From Dehalococcoidia bacterium (GTDB lineage: Bacteria; Chloroflexota; Dehalococcoidia; Bin125): a stretch of 64,000 nt of DNA. The position numbers were made by a program, and so were the translations under genes. Location: the NCBI GenBank assembly GCA_963555985.3, contig OY820591.1:1344001-1408000 (forward strand), in the 5' to 3' direction. Of this stretch, positions 27,480-37,608 are shown in pieces; positions within the stretch are counted from its first letter, which is position 1, and each line of letters opens with the position of its first letter. Under the pieces are notes generated by a model. The model was not told the DNA's origin and did not search any database. It saw nothing but the letters and a program-made list of their open reading frames with translations.

Positions 27480-28853
27480 CTAAGCGTCCCCTGTCGTCGG
27501 CGCGGGCAAGGCCGCTGCCAGCTCTCGTGCACGCGATGCCTGCGCGAGAGCGATTGCGGCGCAGGCGCCGGTGTAGCCGGCCGGATCGAGCAGGTCGTCT
27601 ATGGCCTCTTCGCTCAGGTGCGCCCGTACCTCCTGGTCGGCGGCCAGCAGGTCGCGGAAGTTCGCGCCGCTGATCGCGCAGGCTTGCGCGTGTTCGTAGA
27701 CGATGTCGTGCGCCCGCTGGCGTCCGACCTGCTCGCCCAGCGCAAGCATGATCCGCTCGCTCATGATCAGACCGCCGGAGAGATCGAGGTTGCGCCGCAT
27801 CCGTTGCGGATCGACCTGGATTCCGTCGAAGAGCAGGGCCATGCGCGAGAGGATGTCTCCCACCAGCTCAATCGAGCCGGACATCACCCGCTCGATCATG
27901 ACGCTGGTGGAGCCGTCGGCCTCGTGCTCGGTGCGCATCGCGTCGAGGGCGAGTGGGAAGAGCGCCGTCACTTGGGCAGCGCCGGCGCGGATGTCCTGGG
28001 AGAGCTTGGGGTTGCGCTTCTGCGGCATGGTGCTGCTGCCGACCGTGCCGGGCGGTACGGGCTCCTCGATCTCGGCGAATTCGGGCTTCATCATGGTGTA
28101 GGTCTCGTCGGCGATCTTGCGGCAGGTCGCGGCGAGCATGGCCAGGATTGCGGCGTACTCGGCGTGGTGGTCGTGGCTGGTTCGTCCCGGTACCGGCATC
28201 GGCGCGAGACCGAGATGCACCGCCATTCGAGCCTGCACCTCCAGCCCGGGCGCTCCGAACGAGGCGAGTGTTCCCGCCGCGCCGCCGAGCATGGCGACGA
28301 AGATGCGCGGCTCCGCCTGCCGCAGCCGCTCGAGATGGCGGCAGAGCTCGTCGATCCAAGCTCCGACCTTGTAACCGAAGGTCGCGGGCACGGCGTGCTG
28401 ACCATGAGTGCGCCCCGCGATTGGGTCGTCGGCGGTGCGCTCGGCAAGCTCCGCGAGCAAGCCGAGCACTGTTCCCAGCTGGCCCAGGATGATCTCGTGG
28501 GCGCGGCGGAGCTGGAGGATGTCGCCGGTCTGAGTGATGTTCTGGGTGGTCGCGCCCCAGTGGACGTATCCGCCGACTTCGTCTCCGAGGATGCGATCGA
28601 GCTCCCAGATCAGCGGCACGAGGGGATGCGCCGTCACGGCCAGCGTGGCTTCGATCCGCTCGATGTTGAGGAGTTCGAGGCGGCAGTGCTGGGCGATTTC
28701 GGCCGCGGCGTCGGCGGGGATCATGTCGAGTTCGGCTTCGGCGCGGGCCAAGGCGGCTTCGACATCAAGCCAGGCCTGCCAGCGGGCTTCGCGGGTGAAG
28801 AGGGCGCGAATGCCCGGGTCGGGGACTCTCGCGGCGGTTGGTCGGTTCTGCAT
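27480..28853 (-). CDS. Adenylosuccinate lyase / carboxymuconate cycloisomerase family lyase
   Basis: HWGATTQNI, GRTHGQHA, GSSTMPQKRNP. Confidence 0.85.
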   Translation of the reverse strand: MQNRPTAARVPDPGIRALFTREARWQAWLDVEAALARAEAELDMIPADAAAEIAQHCRLELLNIERIEATLAVTAHPLVPLIWELDRILGDEVGGYVHWGATTQNITQTGDILQLRRAHEIILGQLGTVLGLLAELAERTADDPIAGRTHGQHAVPATFGYKVGAWIDELCRHLERLRQAEPRIFVAMLGGAAGTLASFGAPGLEVQARMAVHLGLAPMPVPGRTSHDHHAEYAAILAMLAATCRKIADETYTMMKPEFAEIEEPVPPGTVGSSTMPQKRNPKLSQDIRAGAAQVTALFPLALDAMRTEHEADGSTSVMIERVMSGSIELVGDILSRMALLFDGIQVDPQRMRRNLDLSGGLIMSERIMLALGEQVGRQRAHDIVYEHAQACAISGANFRDLLAADQEVRAHLSEEAIDDLLDPAGYTGACAAIALAQASRARELAAALPAPTTGDA

Positions 28854-28932
28854 GGACGACTCCCTTGGACTCAGCGCGGCGGAGCGCAGTGGCGGGTAGG
28901 ATCGGACTGCAAGCTAACGAAGGGAACGGGCA

Positions 28933-30147
28933 ATGGTTGCTCCGCTGGAAGGTGTTCGGGTGGTGGAGGTTGCGAACTGGCTGGCTGCGCCGTCGGCTGC
29001 GGCGCTGATGGCCGATCTCGGCGCGGACGTGGTGAAGGTGGAGCACCCCGGCGGGGATCCCTGGCGCACGACATACATGCCCGGGCAGAAGGCCGACTTC
29101 GATCCGGAGACCGACGTGGACGCGCCCTTCGAACTCGACAACCGGGGCAAACGCGGGCTCGCGCTCTCCCTGGAACGGCCGGGCGCGAGCGATGTCATGC
29201 ACCGCCTGATTGCGCGCGCCGACGTGTTCATCACCAACCTCACCGCGCCAAGGATTGAGAGATACGACCTCTCGTATGAGCGTCTACACGAGCTCAATCC
29301 TCGTCTGGTCTATGTCGTTCTGACCGGCTACGGCACGCGTGGAGCAGACCAGGCCAAGACGGGGTTCGACCATTCCGCCTTCTGGTCGCGTTCGGGGATC
29401 ATGAGCCTGTTCGGTGAGCCTGGTGGGCCGCCCATGCAGTGCCGGCCGGGCCAGGGAGACCATACGACTGCGCTCAATCTCCTCTCCGGGACGCTTGCCG
29501 CGCTGCGCCTGCGCGACCTGACCGGCGAGGGTCAGCGGGTAGAGATCACGCTTCAGCGGACAGGAGCGTGGACGATCGGCGTCGATCTGTCTACGGTTCT
29601 GATCACGAAGCGCCAGCCGCAGCGGATGAACCGGATCGTTCCCGGAAATCCGCTGTTCAACTGGTACGAGACCGCCGACGGGCGTTGGGCGATGCTGGTG
29701 ATGCCGACCCCCGACCGCCATTGGGCGCCGATGTGCCGCGCCCTGGATCGCGAGGATCTGCTGGCCGACGAGCGCTATGCCACGCTGGCGGAGCGGAGGC
29801 GGCACAGCGCCGAGTTGACCGCACAGATCGCGGACACGATGCGCACACGGACGTTGTCGGAATGGACGCCGCGCCTGGACGCGGAGGCCCTGACCTGGGC
29901 TCCGGTGGCTGAAGTGACCGAGGTGATCGCGGATACGCAGATGGAGGAGATGGATGCCTGGCGGTGGCTGGAGGGAGCGCAAGGACCGTTCCGCACGCTG
30001 AACACACCGTTTGAGATCAGGGGCGCGGATGTCGGTCCGCGCGGGCCTGCGCCGCGAACCGGTGAGCATACGCATGAAGTGCTGCGCGAGCTCGGTCTGA
30101 GCGATGAGGAGATCGCCGGTCTGGCCGAGCATGGGGCGCTCGGATAG
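28933..30147 (+). CDS. CaiB/BaiF family III CoA-transferase
   Basis: PLEGVRVVE, ADLGADVVKVE, NRGKR, P..GEHT. Confidence 0.92.
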   Translation: MVAPLEGVRVVEVANWLAAPSAAALMADLGADVVKVEHPGGDPWRTTYMPGQKADFDPETDVDAPFELDNRGKRGLALSLERPGASDVMHRLIARADVFITNLTAPRIERYDLSYERLHELNPRLVYVVLTGYGTRGADQAKTGFDHSAFWSRSGIMSLFGEPGGPPMQCRPGQGDHTTALNLLSGTLAALRLRDLTGEGQRVEITLQRTGAWTIGVDLSTVLITKRQPQRMNRIVPGNPLFNWYETADGRWAMLVMPTPDRHWAPMCRALDREDLLADERYATLAERRRHSAELTAQIADTMRTRTLSEWTPRLDAEALTWAPVAEVTEVIADTQMEEMDAWRWLEGAQGPFRTLNTPFEIRGADVGPRGPAPRTGEHTHEVLRELGLSDEEIAGLAEHGALG

Positions 30148-30166
30148 GCGGGTAGGGAGCGCCTGG

Positions 30167-31381
30167 ATGTCGTCCGAGGGCGACGATAGGTACGAGCAGG
30201 AGAGCGCCGCCGGACTTGGCGACGAGCTTCCGGTGCTGCTTGAGTTCGTGCGGCGATTCGTGCGGCGCGACATTTGGCTGTGGGAGAAGCGGATTGATCC
30301 GAATGCCAGCCGTCTGCCCGCCGATGTGTTCGGTGAACTCCATGGCCGCGTCTCGGAGTTCGGGCTTGATCATCTGATGGCACCGCGGGGCAGCTGTGCG
30401 GGCCCTGCGCTCGACCTGCCGGATTGGGAGCGGGCGCGGATTGTTGAGGAGATCGCGCAGCATCGCGCGGGGTTGCTCTATCCGGCTTACGGGCTCTTCG
30501 ATCCTGATCTGCCGCCCCAGCTCTACGCGGCCACGACTGAGCAGCGACGCGCGTTTCTGCTCCCCCTGATCGAGCGAAAGGCGCACTGCTTTCGCGGTCT
30601 TGACGATCCGGATTTGGCTGGTCTTCCCGTTGACGGGGTGCGCGCGCGGGCGCTGCGTCAAGGCGATCGCTGGATGTTGGACGGCACCAAGATCTTCGTC
30701 GCCGACGCGGAGGATGCCGACTTTGGTCTGGTCTACGCGAATAGCGAGTGGAGTGCGGGTGAGCGCGAGGGCGTTTCCTTGCTCGTCGTTGAGACCGACC
30801 GCACGGGATTTCAGCGCTGGCGTCCGTGGCCAACCGTCGCGGTCGGGCGGGACACGATGGAACTGAATTTGTCGGCGGTGAAGCTGCCCGAGCTCAATCT
30901 GCTCGGCGAGCCGGGGGCTGGGCCGGCTTTCGCCAATGGGCTTGTTCTGCGCCGGCGTGTGTTCACGGCGGCTCAGGTCACGGGGGTGGCATCGGCGGCG
31001 CAGGATATTGCGCGCGGCGGCATATGGTCGCGCTCGGAGGACGGTTTGGCGCTGGCGAGGGGAGAACGGGCGCGGCTGGCGCTGGCTGACAATGAGATCG
31101 CGGTCAGCGCGGCGCGGCAGCTCTATCTGGCTGGTGCGACTGCGACCGACTCGGACGGGGCGCTGCTCGAGCCCGTGCTGGCGGCGCAGGTGTTTGCCCT
31201 CGATGCGGCGAGCGCGGTCGTCGGGCGAACCATGCACTTGCTCGGAGTCGCGGCGGCATCGGCTGACCTACCGTTGGAGCGCTGGGCGCGTGAGTTGCAA
31301 TGGCTGCGGGTGACCAGCGGGGGCGCTGATCGCCAGCGTCTGGCGATTGCGGCGAAACTGGTTTCGACGTTCAAGAAGTAG
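30167..31381 (+). CDS. Acyl-CoA dehydrogenase-fold protein with divergent catalytic motifs
   Basis: W.LDGTKIFV, LPLERWAR; TEP motif and catalytic Glu not recognisable. Confidence 0.75.
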   Translation: MSSEGDDRYEQESAAGLGDELPVLLEFVRRFVRRDIWLWEKRIDPNASRLPADVFGELHGRVSEFGLDHLMAPRGSCAGPALDLPDWERARIVEEIAQHRAGLLYPAYGLFDPDLPPQLYAATTEQRRAFLLPLIERKAHCFRGLDDPDLAGLPVDGVRARALRQGDRWMLDGTKIFVADAEDADFGLVYANSEWSAGEREGVSLLVVETDRTGFQRWRPWPTVAVGRDTMELNLSAVKLPELNLLGEPGAGPAFANGLVLRRRVFTAAQVTGVASAAQDIARGGIWSRSEDGLALARGERARLALADNEIAVSAARQLYLAGATATDSDGALLEPVLAAQVFALDAASAVVGRTMHLLGVAAASADLPLERWARELQWLRVTSGGADRQRLAIAAKLVSTFKK

Positions 31382-32573
31382 ATGCGTCGTCGATGGGCGG
31401 ATGATCGAGGGCGGCTGAGGCGATCAGCTCCAGCCCGCGCGGGGTGATCGGCGGGTTGAAGAGGGGGCCGCGCACGTCGCGGAGGTAGCGTTCGAGCGGT
31501 TCGGAGCGATGCAGCGAGATGCCGCCGACCAGACGCATACAGCGGTCGACTACCTCGACGGCGGTGTCGCCGGCGTGGAGTTTGGCTGCGGCCACGCGCG
31601 GGCCAAGCTGGGCGCGTCCCTCACGATCGAGCTTGTCCCAGGCGCTGGCGGTCTCGTGGAGCAGGGCGCGCGAGGCGATCAGGCGTAGATCGATCTCGCC
31701 GACTGCGCTGCGCACGGTGGGGATGCTCGCGATCGGAGCGGGCGCACCGCCGGGTCGGCGGTTGCGGCAAAATTCGACGGTGTAGTCGCGGGCGGCTTCC
31801 GCGACTCCCAAGGAGGCTGCGGAGACCAGGAGCGCGAACCAGGCGAAGTCGCCGTGTCGTTGGCCGGCTCGGGCTGGTTCCTGGCGGATGAGGAACTCGT
31901 CGTCGGTGAGCGGCACGTTGTCGTACCAGACGTCGTGCGAGCCGGTGGAGCGGAGGCCGACGACGTCCCAGGTCTCCTCAATGCGCAGGCCGGGCGAGTC
32001 GCGGTGGACGGCGACTCGCGCCAACATGCCGGAGCCGTCTTCGAGGGCGCAGTAGGTGTTGAACCAGGTCAAGGCCGGCGCGAGCGTGGTGAACGATTTG
32101 CGTCCGTTGAGGCGCCAGCGGCCAGGACCGTCGGGCGTGAGCTGAGTTTGGGGGCGGCCGCCGCCTTGAGGCGAACCGAGTTCGGGCTCGGTCGCCACTT
32201 GATTGACGAGTGCGCCCTCGCTGACGACGCTGCGGAAGATGCGTTCCCGGAGTTGCTCGGGCCAACTGCGATTGGCGCGCTCGCTGCCGACCGACATCAG
32301 ATGCATCCCGCAGGCGAATGCGAGCGGCATGTCGGCTTTGGCCAACGCGGTCTGGGCAGCGACGAGGTCTGCGAGCTTGCACTCGCCGCCGCCGTACTCG
32401 CGCGGGATGGGGGCGGCGAGCCAGCCAACCTCGCGCAGGAGCTCAAGGGAAGCAAACGGGAATTGGGCGTTGCGGTCGGTTTCCCGAGCGAGCTCGGCGA
32501 TCGTCGCCAAATGCGGAGTGATTCGGTCGACCAGCTCGCGGCCGGCATCGGAGGTTTTCGGGAGCGATGCCAT
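31371..32573 (-). CDS. Acyl-CoA dehydrogenase family / flavin monooxygenase
   Basis: TEPELGS, LNGRKSF, WDVVGLRSTGSH, LERYLRD. Confidence 0.88.
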   Translation of the reverse strand: MASLPKTSDAGRELVDRITPHLATIAELARETDRNAQFPFASLELLREVGWLAAPIPREYGGGECKLADLVAAQTALAKADMPLAFACGMHLMSVGSERANRSWPEQLRERIFRSVVSEGALVNQVATEPELGSPQGGGRPQTQLTPDGPGRWRLNGRKSFTTLAPALTWFNTYCALEDGSGMLARVAVHRDSPGLRIEETWDVVGLRSTGSHDVWYDNVPLTDDEFLIRQEPARAGQRHGDFAWFALLVSAASLGVAEAARDYTVEFCRNRRPGGAPAPIASIPTVRSAVGEIDLRLIASRALLHETASAWDKLDREGRAQLGPRVAAAKLHAGDTAVEVVDRCMRLVGGISLHRSEPLERYLRDVRGPLFNPPITPRGLELIASAALDHPPIDDASTS

Positions 32574-32602
32574 CTGAAGTCGTGAGCCAGCCGCCGCAGG
32601 TG

Positions 32603-32935
32603 TTAGAGGATGTCTCGGAGGCGCTTGAGCGCGCGGACGCGAACCTTGCCGCGCTCCACCGCTTCCCGCGCCGGGATCGTGATCGACTCGCCTGTGGCCG
32701 GGTTGCGGCCCATGCGCTCCGGGCGCGCCGTCTGCGCCTGGATGTCGATCTTGACCAGTCCCGCGATCGTCACAGAGCCCACACCGCCCGGGGACAGATC
32801 GTGCTCAACGACCTGGACCAATCCGTCGATCATGCGATTCACGTCGCTGGTTGCATAGCCGGTCAGCTCGGCGACGGCGCGCGCCATCTGCGACTTGGTT
32901 CGAGGTCGATCGACCTGCTCAATCTCTGCTGTCAC
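32603..32935 (-). CDS. HU family DNA-binding protein
   Basis: TKSQM, R.GRNPATGESITIPA, ALKRLRD; GAAGGG RBS before GTG. Confidence 0.88.
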   Translation of the reverse strand: MTAEIEQVDRPRTKSQMARAVAELTGYATSDVNRMIDGLVQVVEHDLSPGGVGSVTIAGLVKIDIQAQTARPERMGRNPATGESITIPAREAVERGKVRVRALKRLRDIL

Positions 32936-33065
32936 GGTCTGTCCCTTCTCATGGTCATTGCCGAGCCGTCCGCCTATCGGAACCGGGTTGTTCCCTATCA
33001 TTACTAGCGGCTAGTTCGTGGGCAAGTGTACACACGATCAGGATATGGGGTACCACTCCGCTCTG

Positions 33066-33728
33066 ATGACGAATATTCGAGCACTGGAATTGACTGATGC
33101 GCTCGCTCGGTATGTCGAGCGCACCTTTGCCCATGAGGACGAGGTGTGGCGCGAACTGCGCGCCGAGACTGCTCGCCTGCCCGCCGGGGGGATGCAGATC
33201 GGAGCGGATCAGGCTCGTCTCTTGGCTTGGCTGGTGCGGCTGATCGGGGCGCGGCGGACGCTGGAGATCGGCACCTTTACAGGCGCATCGGCGCTGGCAG
33301 TGGCGCGCGCTCTACCGAAGGACGGACGCCTGGTCGCGTGCGACATCAGCTCTGAGTGGACGGCAATTGCGCGTCGCTATTGGACTGCTGCGGGCGTAGG
33401 TCACAAGATTGAGCTTCGGCTCGCGCCTGCGCTCGATACATTGGCCTTGCTTGCGCGCGAAGGCGGGCCGCCCTTCGACTTTGCCTTCATCGACGCCGAC
33501 AAGGAACCGGTGCAGGCGTATTACGAAGGAGCTCTGCGCCTCGTTCGCGCCGGCGGGGTGATCGCGGTCGACAACACGCTCTGGGGCGGCGCGGTCGCTG
33601 ATCTAGCTGTCAATGATCCCGACACGCGCGCGATCCGCGCGTTCAACGAGCGCGTCAGTCAGGATCCGCGAGTGGATGCGGCTCTGCTGACCGTCGGTGA
33701 CGGGGTGACGCTGCTGCACAAGCTGTAG
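33066..33728 (+). CDS. O-methyltransferase (caffeoyl-CoA/COMT type)
   Basis: LEIGTFTG, FDFAFIDADK, VDNTLWGG, VGDG. Confidence 0.92.
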   Translation: MTNIRALELTDALARYVERTFAHEDEVWRELRAETARLPAGGMQIGADQARLLAWLVRLIGARRTLEIGTFTGASALAVARALPKDGRLVACDISSEWTAIARRYWTAAGVGHKIELRLAPALDTLALLAREGGPPFDFAFIDADKEPVQAYYEGALRLVRAGGVIAVDNTLWGGAVADLAVNDPDTRAIRAFNERVSQDPRVDAALLTVGDGVTLLHKL

Positions 33729-33747
33729 CGGCGCTCCCACTCGGCGC

Positions 33748-34629
33748 TCAGGCCAGGCCGTCTAGCGGGACGTGCTGCTGCACGAGCGCCGCCGCCGTGG
33801 CCAATTTGCGCTCACCCAGGAATCCGCCCGCGCCGTACAAGGGGCCGATCGCCGCGATCGTTTCCACCGTCGAGAGCGCGGTCGTGATCAGCGCGAACGA
33901 TTCGCGCTCGGCCCGCTGAGCGACGTAGGGCAGTGTCGGTTCGCCGCCCGAGAGGATCAGACAGAGCGGCTCGTAGTCCAACGCGCCCAGCGCGATGTCG
34001 ATTCGATCGTGTCGTGAGACGACCGTCTTGTCGGGATACTTGCGAAAGTAGTCCATGCCTTCGTGCGCACTGACCGGGCCGATGACGAGATCGCGCGAGG
34101 CTTCGTCGAACAACTCTTCAGCACCGGAGAGTTCGCCCGCGATCGCGGGCGCGATCTCTCGCACCGTCGGTGCGGCGAGATGGCGATCCTGCGGGATCGT
34201 AGCGAGCGCTTTGCCACCCAATTCCTCGACTCGCGCCCGCGCCGCCGCTTCACCGTGTTGGGGAACCCCGTTGAGGATCACCCCGTCCGGGTTGAGTTCG
34301 GCAATGGCGCGGGAGAGCGTCTCATCGTCCGCCTCGCCGTGCCGCGCCACGAGCAGCGTGTGATCCGCTTCGACGCCGTTGCCCGATTCCACCTCGATCA
34401 CGGTGTGGTCGGTGTCGCTGGAGATGTGATCGATGCTGGCGGTCACGCCGCCGGAGCGGACGCCGCGCACGCGGGCGAACTGGGCAGCGTCGGAGGCGGC
34501 GCTGTCGCCGTCGTCGAGGCGGATGAGGCGCACGCTGGCACCCGATGCGCGGAGGGCGGTTGCCAGCCCGCCGGCCACAACCGACTTGCCGTCGCGGGGG
34601 AGGGTGGAAGTGATGAGAATGCGTGCCAC
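33748..34629 (-). CDS. Phosphotransacetylase N-terminal (BioD-like/DRTGG) protein
   Basis: ITST...GKS P-loop, IPQDRHLAAPTV, DR.DI.LGAL..CLILSGG. Confidence 0.7.
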   Translation of the reverse strand: MARILITSTLPRDGKSVVAGGLATALRASGASVRLIRLDDGDSAASDAAQFARVRGVRSGGVTASIDHISSDTDHTVIEVESGNGVEADHTLLVARHGEADDETLSRAIAELNPDGVILNGVPQHGEAAARARVEELGGKALATIPQDRHLAAPTVREIAPAIAGELSGAEELFDEASRDLVIGPVSAHEGMDYFRKYPDKTVVSRHDRIDIALGALDYEPLCLILSGGEPTLPYVAQRAERESFALITTALSTVETIAAIGPLYGAGGFLGERKLATAAALVQQHVPLDGLA

Positions 34630-34745
34630 GGCGCGCTCCGAAGGGGGTGATGCAGACGAACGCTCTTCTGCCAGAGGCTAGCCGTGAACGCTGCTAAGCG
34701 CAGTCGGCGCGAGGGCGGGCGCGATAGACTGGCGCCGGGAGGGAC

Positions 34746-34982
34746 GTGATGTCGGAGCGGCGCGGGGCGAACGAGAGCCAAGAAACGAGAGGCTGGCCGC
34801 CTCCCGCTCCGGGCGCGCGGCGCCGGCGGCGTCCACCGGAGCGTCACGCCCGCTGGATCGACGCCGAGAATCGGGCCGAGGAACCGCGCGAGGGCGCACC
34901 GACCTGGATCTGGTGGGTGCTGCTGGGGCTGTTGTTCTTCGGCGTGCTTTCGGTGATGGTGCGGATGTTCTTGGTGCTATAG
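34746..34982 (+). CDS. Small membrane protein
   Basis: Single C-terminal TM helix; fills an intergenic gap. Confidence 0.5.
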   Translation: MMSERRGANESQETRGWPPPAPGARRRRRPPERHARWIDAENRAEEPREGAPTWIWWVLLGLLFFGVLSVMVRMFLVL

Positions 34983-35063
34983 CAGGGGCTGGCAGGTGCA
35001 CAAGCCTCAGTTCGGTATCTTGCCTTCTCAGCGGCAGGACACGGTTGGAGTTGGAGCCTAGGT

Positions 35064-37541
35064 ATGACCACGGACGTGGACACGACCCTGCTGGAGGGCA
35101 TCCGAGTACTCGATCTGGCGACGCCCCGTGCGGAAATGGCGGGGCGCGTGCTGGCCGACATGGGCGCCGAAGTGATCAAGGTCGAACCGCCTGAGGGAGC
35201 AGCCGCCCGACGCCTGCCGCCCTTCAGCGAGGCGGATCCGGATCGCTCGCTCTACTGGGCCGCGATGGGCTTCGGCAAGCGCAGCGTTGTGATCGATCTG
35301 GAGAGCGAAGCCGGGCGGGCCGACTTCCGCGCCCTGCTCAAGAGCGCCGACGTGTTGATCGAGTCCTTTGACCCGGGCGTGATGGCGAGCTGGGGACTCG
35401 GCTACGACGATCTCAAGGACGACCACGCCGATTTGATCTACGTCTCTGTGACGCCGTACGGACAGGACGGCCCGCACGCCGACCGTCCGGCGACCGAGCT
35501 CACGATTGAGTCGGCGGGCGGTCTGGTCGGTCTGCAAGGCGATGGGGATCGTCCGCCGCTGCCGGTGGGTTTTCCACAGGCGGCGATCCACGCCGGGGTG
35601 CAGGCGGCGGCGGATACGTCGATTGCGCTGCGTGAGCGTGAGCTCTCGGGGAAGGGTCAGCAGCTGGACGTGTCGATGCAGGCGGCGATCGTCTGGACGT
35701 TGATGCACGCCACCGGCTTTCCGCCAAACACGGGCGGCGATCCTCCGGGGACGTGCGACGAGCGAGCGGGCGGAGTCGTGCAGGGCCCGGCGGCGTTTCC
35801 GATCCATCCCTGCGCGGACGGCTATGTGACGTTCAGCATCGTGCCGGGCGGGTTGGGGTTGCGTCACTCGACGAAGGTGATGAAATGGATCGCCGAATGC
35901 GGCGAACTGAGCGGGGAGCTGGAAGACGCAGATATCGACGAATGGGCGGCGGCGCTGGGTCGGGCAGCGATGGAGGATCCGGCCGAGGCCGGGCGCATGA
36001 TGGGCGTGGCCAACGAGATCCTGCACAACTTCGTGGCCAAGCGCACGATGGCGGAGTGTTACGAGCGAGCGGTCAATGATGGTTTCATGCTGGCGCCTCT
36101 CTACACGGTCGAGGACATCGCCAAGGACAAGCATCTCGAGGCGCGTGGATATTGGGTGGAGATCGAGGGCAAGCGCTATCCCGGCCCGTTCGCCAAGCTC
36201 TCGGAAACCCCGCTGCAACTCGTCCGGCCGGCGCCGACGCTTGGTCAAGACCAGGGACTGTTGGCTGAGGCCGGGCGTGCGCTCCAGCGCTCTGCGCGCA
36301 CGCCGATGTCGTCCAACGGCGTGCGTGGAGACGACGGCGGCGCGCTGTCGGGCGTCAAGATCGCCGACTTCGCCTGGGTCGGCGTCGGTCCGCTGATCTC
36401 CAAGTCGATGGCCGACCACGGCGCGACCGTGGTGCATATCGAATCGGCGACTCGTCCCGACGTGCTGCGTCTGGCGCCGCCGTTCAAGGACAATGAACCG
36501 GGCATGGACCGAGCGCAGTTCATGGCCAACTTCAACTCGTCCAAGATCGGCGTGGCGCTGCGGCTCGACACGGAGCAAGGGCTGTCCTACGCGAAGCAGC
36601 TGGTCGACTGGGCCGACGTGGTGGTGGAGTCGTTCACGCCGGGCACACTGAAACGGTTTGGACTCGATTACGCCACGCTGAGCCGGGAGCGTCCTGAGAT
36701 CATCATGCTCAGCACCTGTCTGCGGGGGCAGTGGGGGCCGGAGTCGAGCTATGCCGGCTTTGGCTTGCAGGGCGCTTGCCTGTCCGGTCTGCATCGGATT
36801 ACCGGTTGGCCCGACCGTCAGCCGGCCGGCACCTGGGGGGCGTACACGGATTTCATCAATCCGCGTTTCGGTTCGGGCGTGTTGGCGGCTGCGATTCGAT
36901 ACCGCGATCTGACCGGCAAGGGTCAGTACATTGACCTCGCGCAGACGGAGGCGGGGATTCACTTCGGCGCGCCGCTGCTGCTCGATTACTTCGAGAATGG
37001 GCGGATCGCCGAAGCGCCCGGTCACGACTCTCTGTATGCCGCGCCTAACGCGGTCTTCCGGGTTGGAGAAGGCGAACGCTACGTAGCGATCGCGACCGAG
37101 ACCGCCGAACAATGGCGGGCGCTGCGCGACGCGGCGGGTCTAGAGAACTGGTCGGGGAGCAGCTACGACGAGCTCGCTGCTCGGATTGCGGCGAAGGCGG
37201 AGATCGAAGCGGCGATCGCCGAATGGTGCTCGCCGCAGACGGCAGACGCGGTGATCGACTGCCTGACTCAGGCCGGAGTTCCGGCGTCGCTGGTGGAGTG
37301 GCCGTCGGACCTCTACGAGGATCCGCAACTGACGCACCGTGGCTTCTTCGTCACGCTCGATCACTCCGTGATGGGTCCGACGCCGTACGACGGTTTGGTC
37401 ACGAAGTTCTCGGGCGGGACGGCTCGGTTGCGCCGGGCGGCGCCGGCGATTGGCGAGCATACGCACTATGTGCTTTCGGAGATCCTCGATCGTCCCGATG
37501 AGGAAATCACCGAGGCGCTGGTCGCGGGAGCGTTGCAGTAG
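35064..37541 (+). CDS. Fused double-domain CaiB/BaiF CoA-transferase
   Basis: Two CaiB repeats (LEGIRVLDL..ADMGAEVIKVE; LSGVKIADF..ADHGATVVHIE). Confidence 0.9.
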   Translation: MTTDVDTTLLEGIRVLDLATPRAEMAGRVLADMGAEVIKVEPPEGAAARRLPPFSEADPDRSLYWAAMGFGKRSVVIDLESEAGRADFRALLKSADVLIESFDPGVMASWGLGYDDLKDDHADLIYVSVTPYGQDGPHADRPATELTIESAGGLVGLQGDGDRPPLPVGFPQAAIHAGVQAAADTSIALRERELSGKGQQLDVSMQAAIVWTLMHATGFPPNTGGDPPGTCDERAGGVVQGPAAFPIHPCADGYVTFSIVPGGLGLRHSTKVMKWIAECGELSGELEDADIDEWAAALGRAAMEDPAEAGRMMGVANEILHNFVAKRTMAECYERAVNDGFMLAPLYTVEDIAKDKHLEARGYWVEIEGKRYPGPFAKLSETPLQLVRPAPTLGQDQGLLAEAGRALQRSARTPMSSNGVRGDDGGALSGVKIADFAWVGVGPLISKSMADHGATVVHIESATRPDVLRLAPPFKDNEPGMDRAQFMANFNSSKIGVALRLDTEQGLSYAKQLVDWADVVVESFTPGTLKRFGLDYATLSRERPEIIMLSTCLRGQWGPESSYAGFGLQGACLSGLHRITGWPDRQPAGTWGAYTDFINPRFGSGVLAAAIRYRDLTGKGQYIDLAQTEAGIHFGAPLLLDYFENGRIAEAPGHDSLYAAPNAVFRVGEGERYVAIATETAEQWRALRDAAGLENWSGSSYDELAARIAAKAEIEAAIAEWCSPQTADAVIDCLTQAGVPASLVEWPSDLYEDPQLTHRGFFVTLDHSVMGPTPYDGLVTKFSGGTARLRRAAPAIGEHTHYVLSEILDRPDEEITEALVAGALQ

Positions 37542-37608
37542 GCGGCGGGACATCGGACAAGCATCATCTAAACTGCGCGCGTAGGACGCACAGGGAAGGA
37601 CTAGAAAG

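Noticed and set aside
27375-29258. Long alternative ORFs here and at 35058-37112 and 55422-57311
   Set aside because: Opposite-strand shadows of well-supported genes, with no recognisable motifs.
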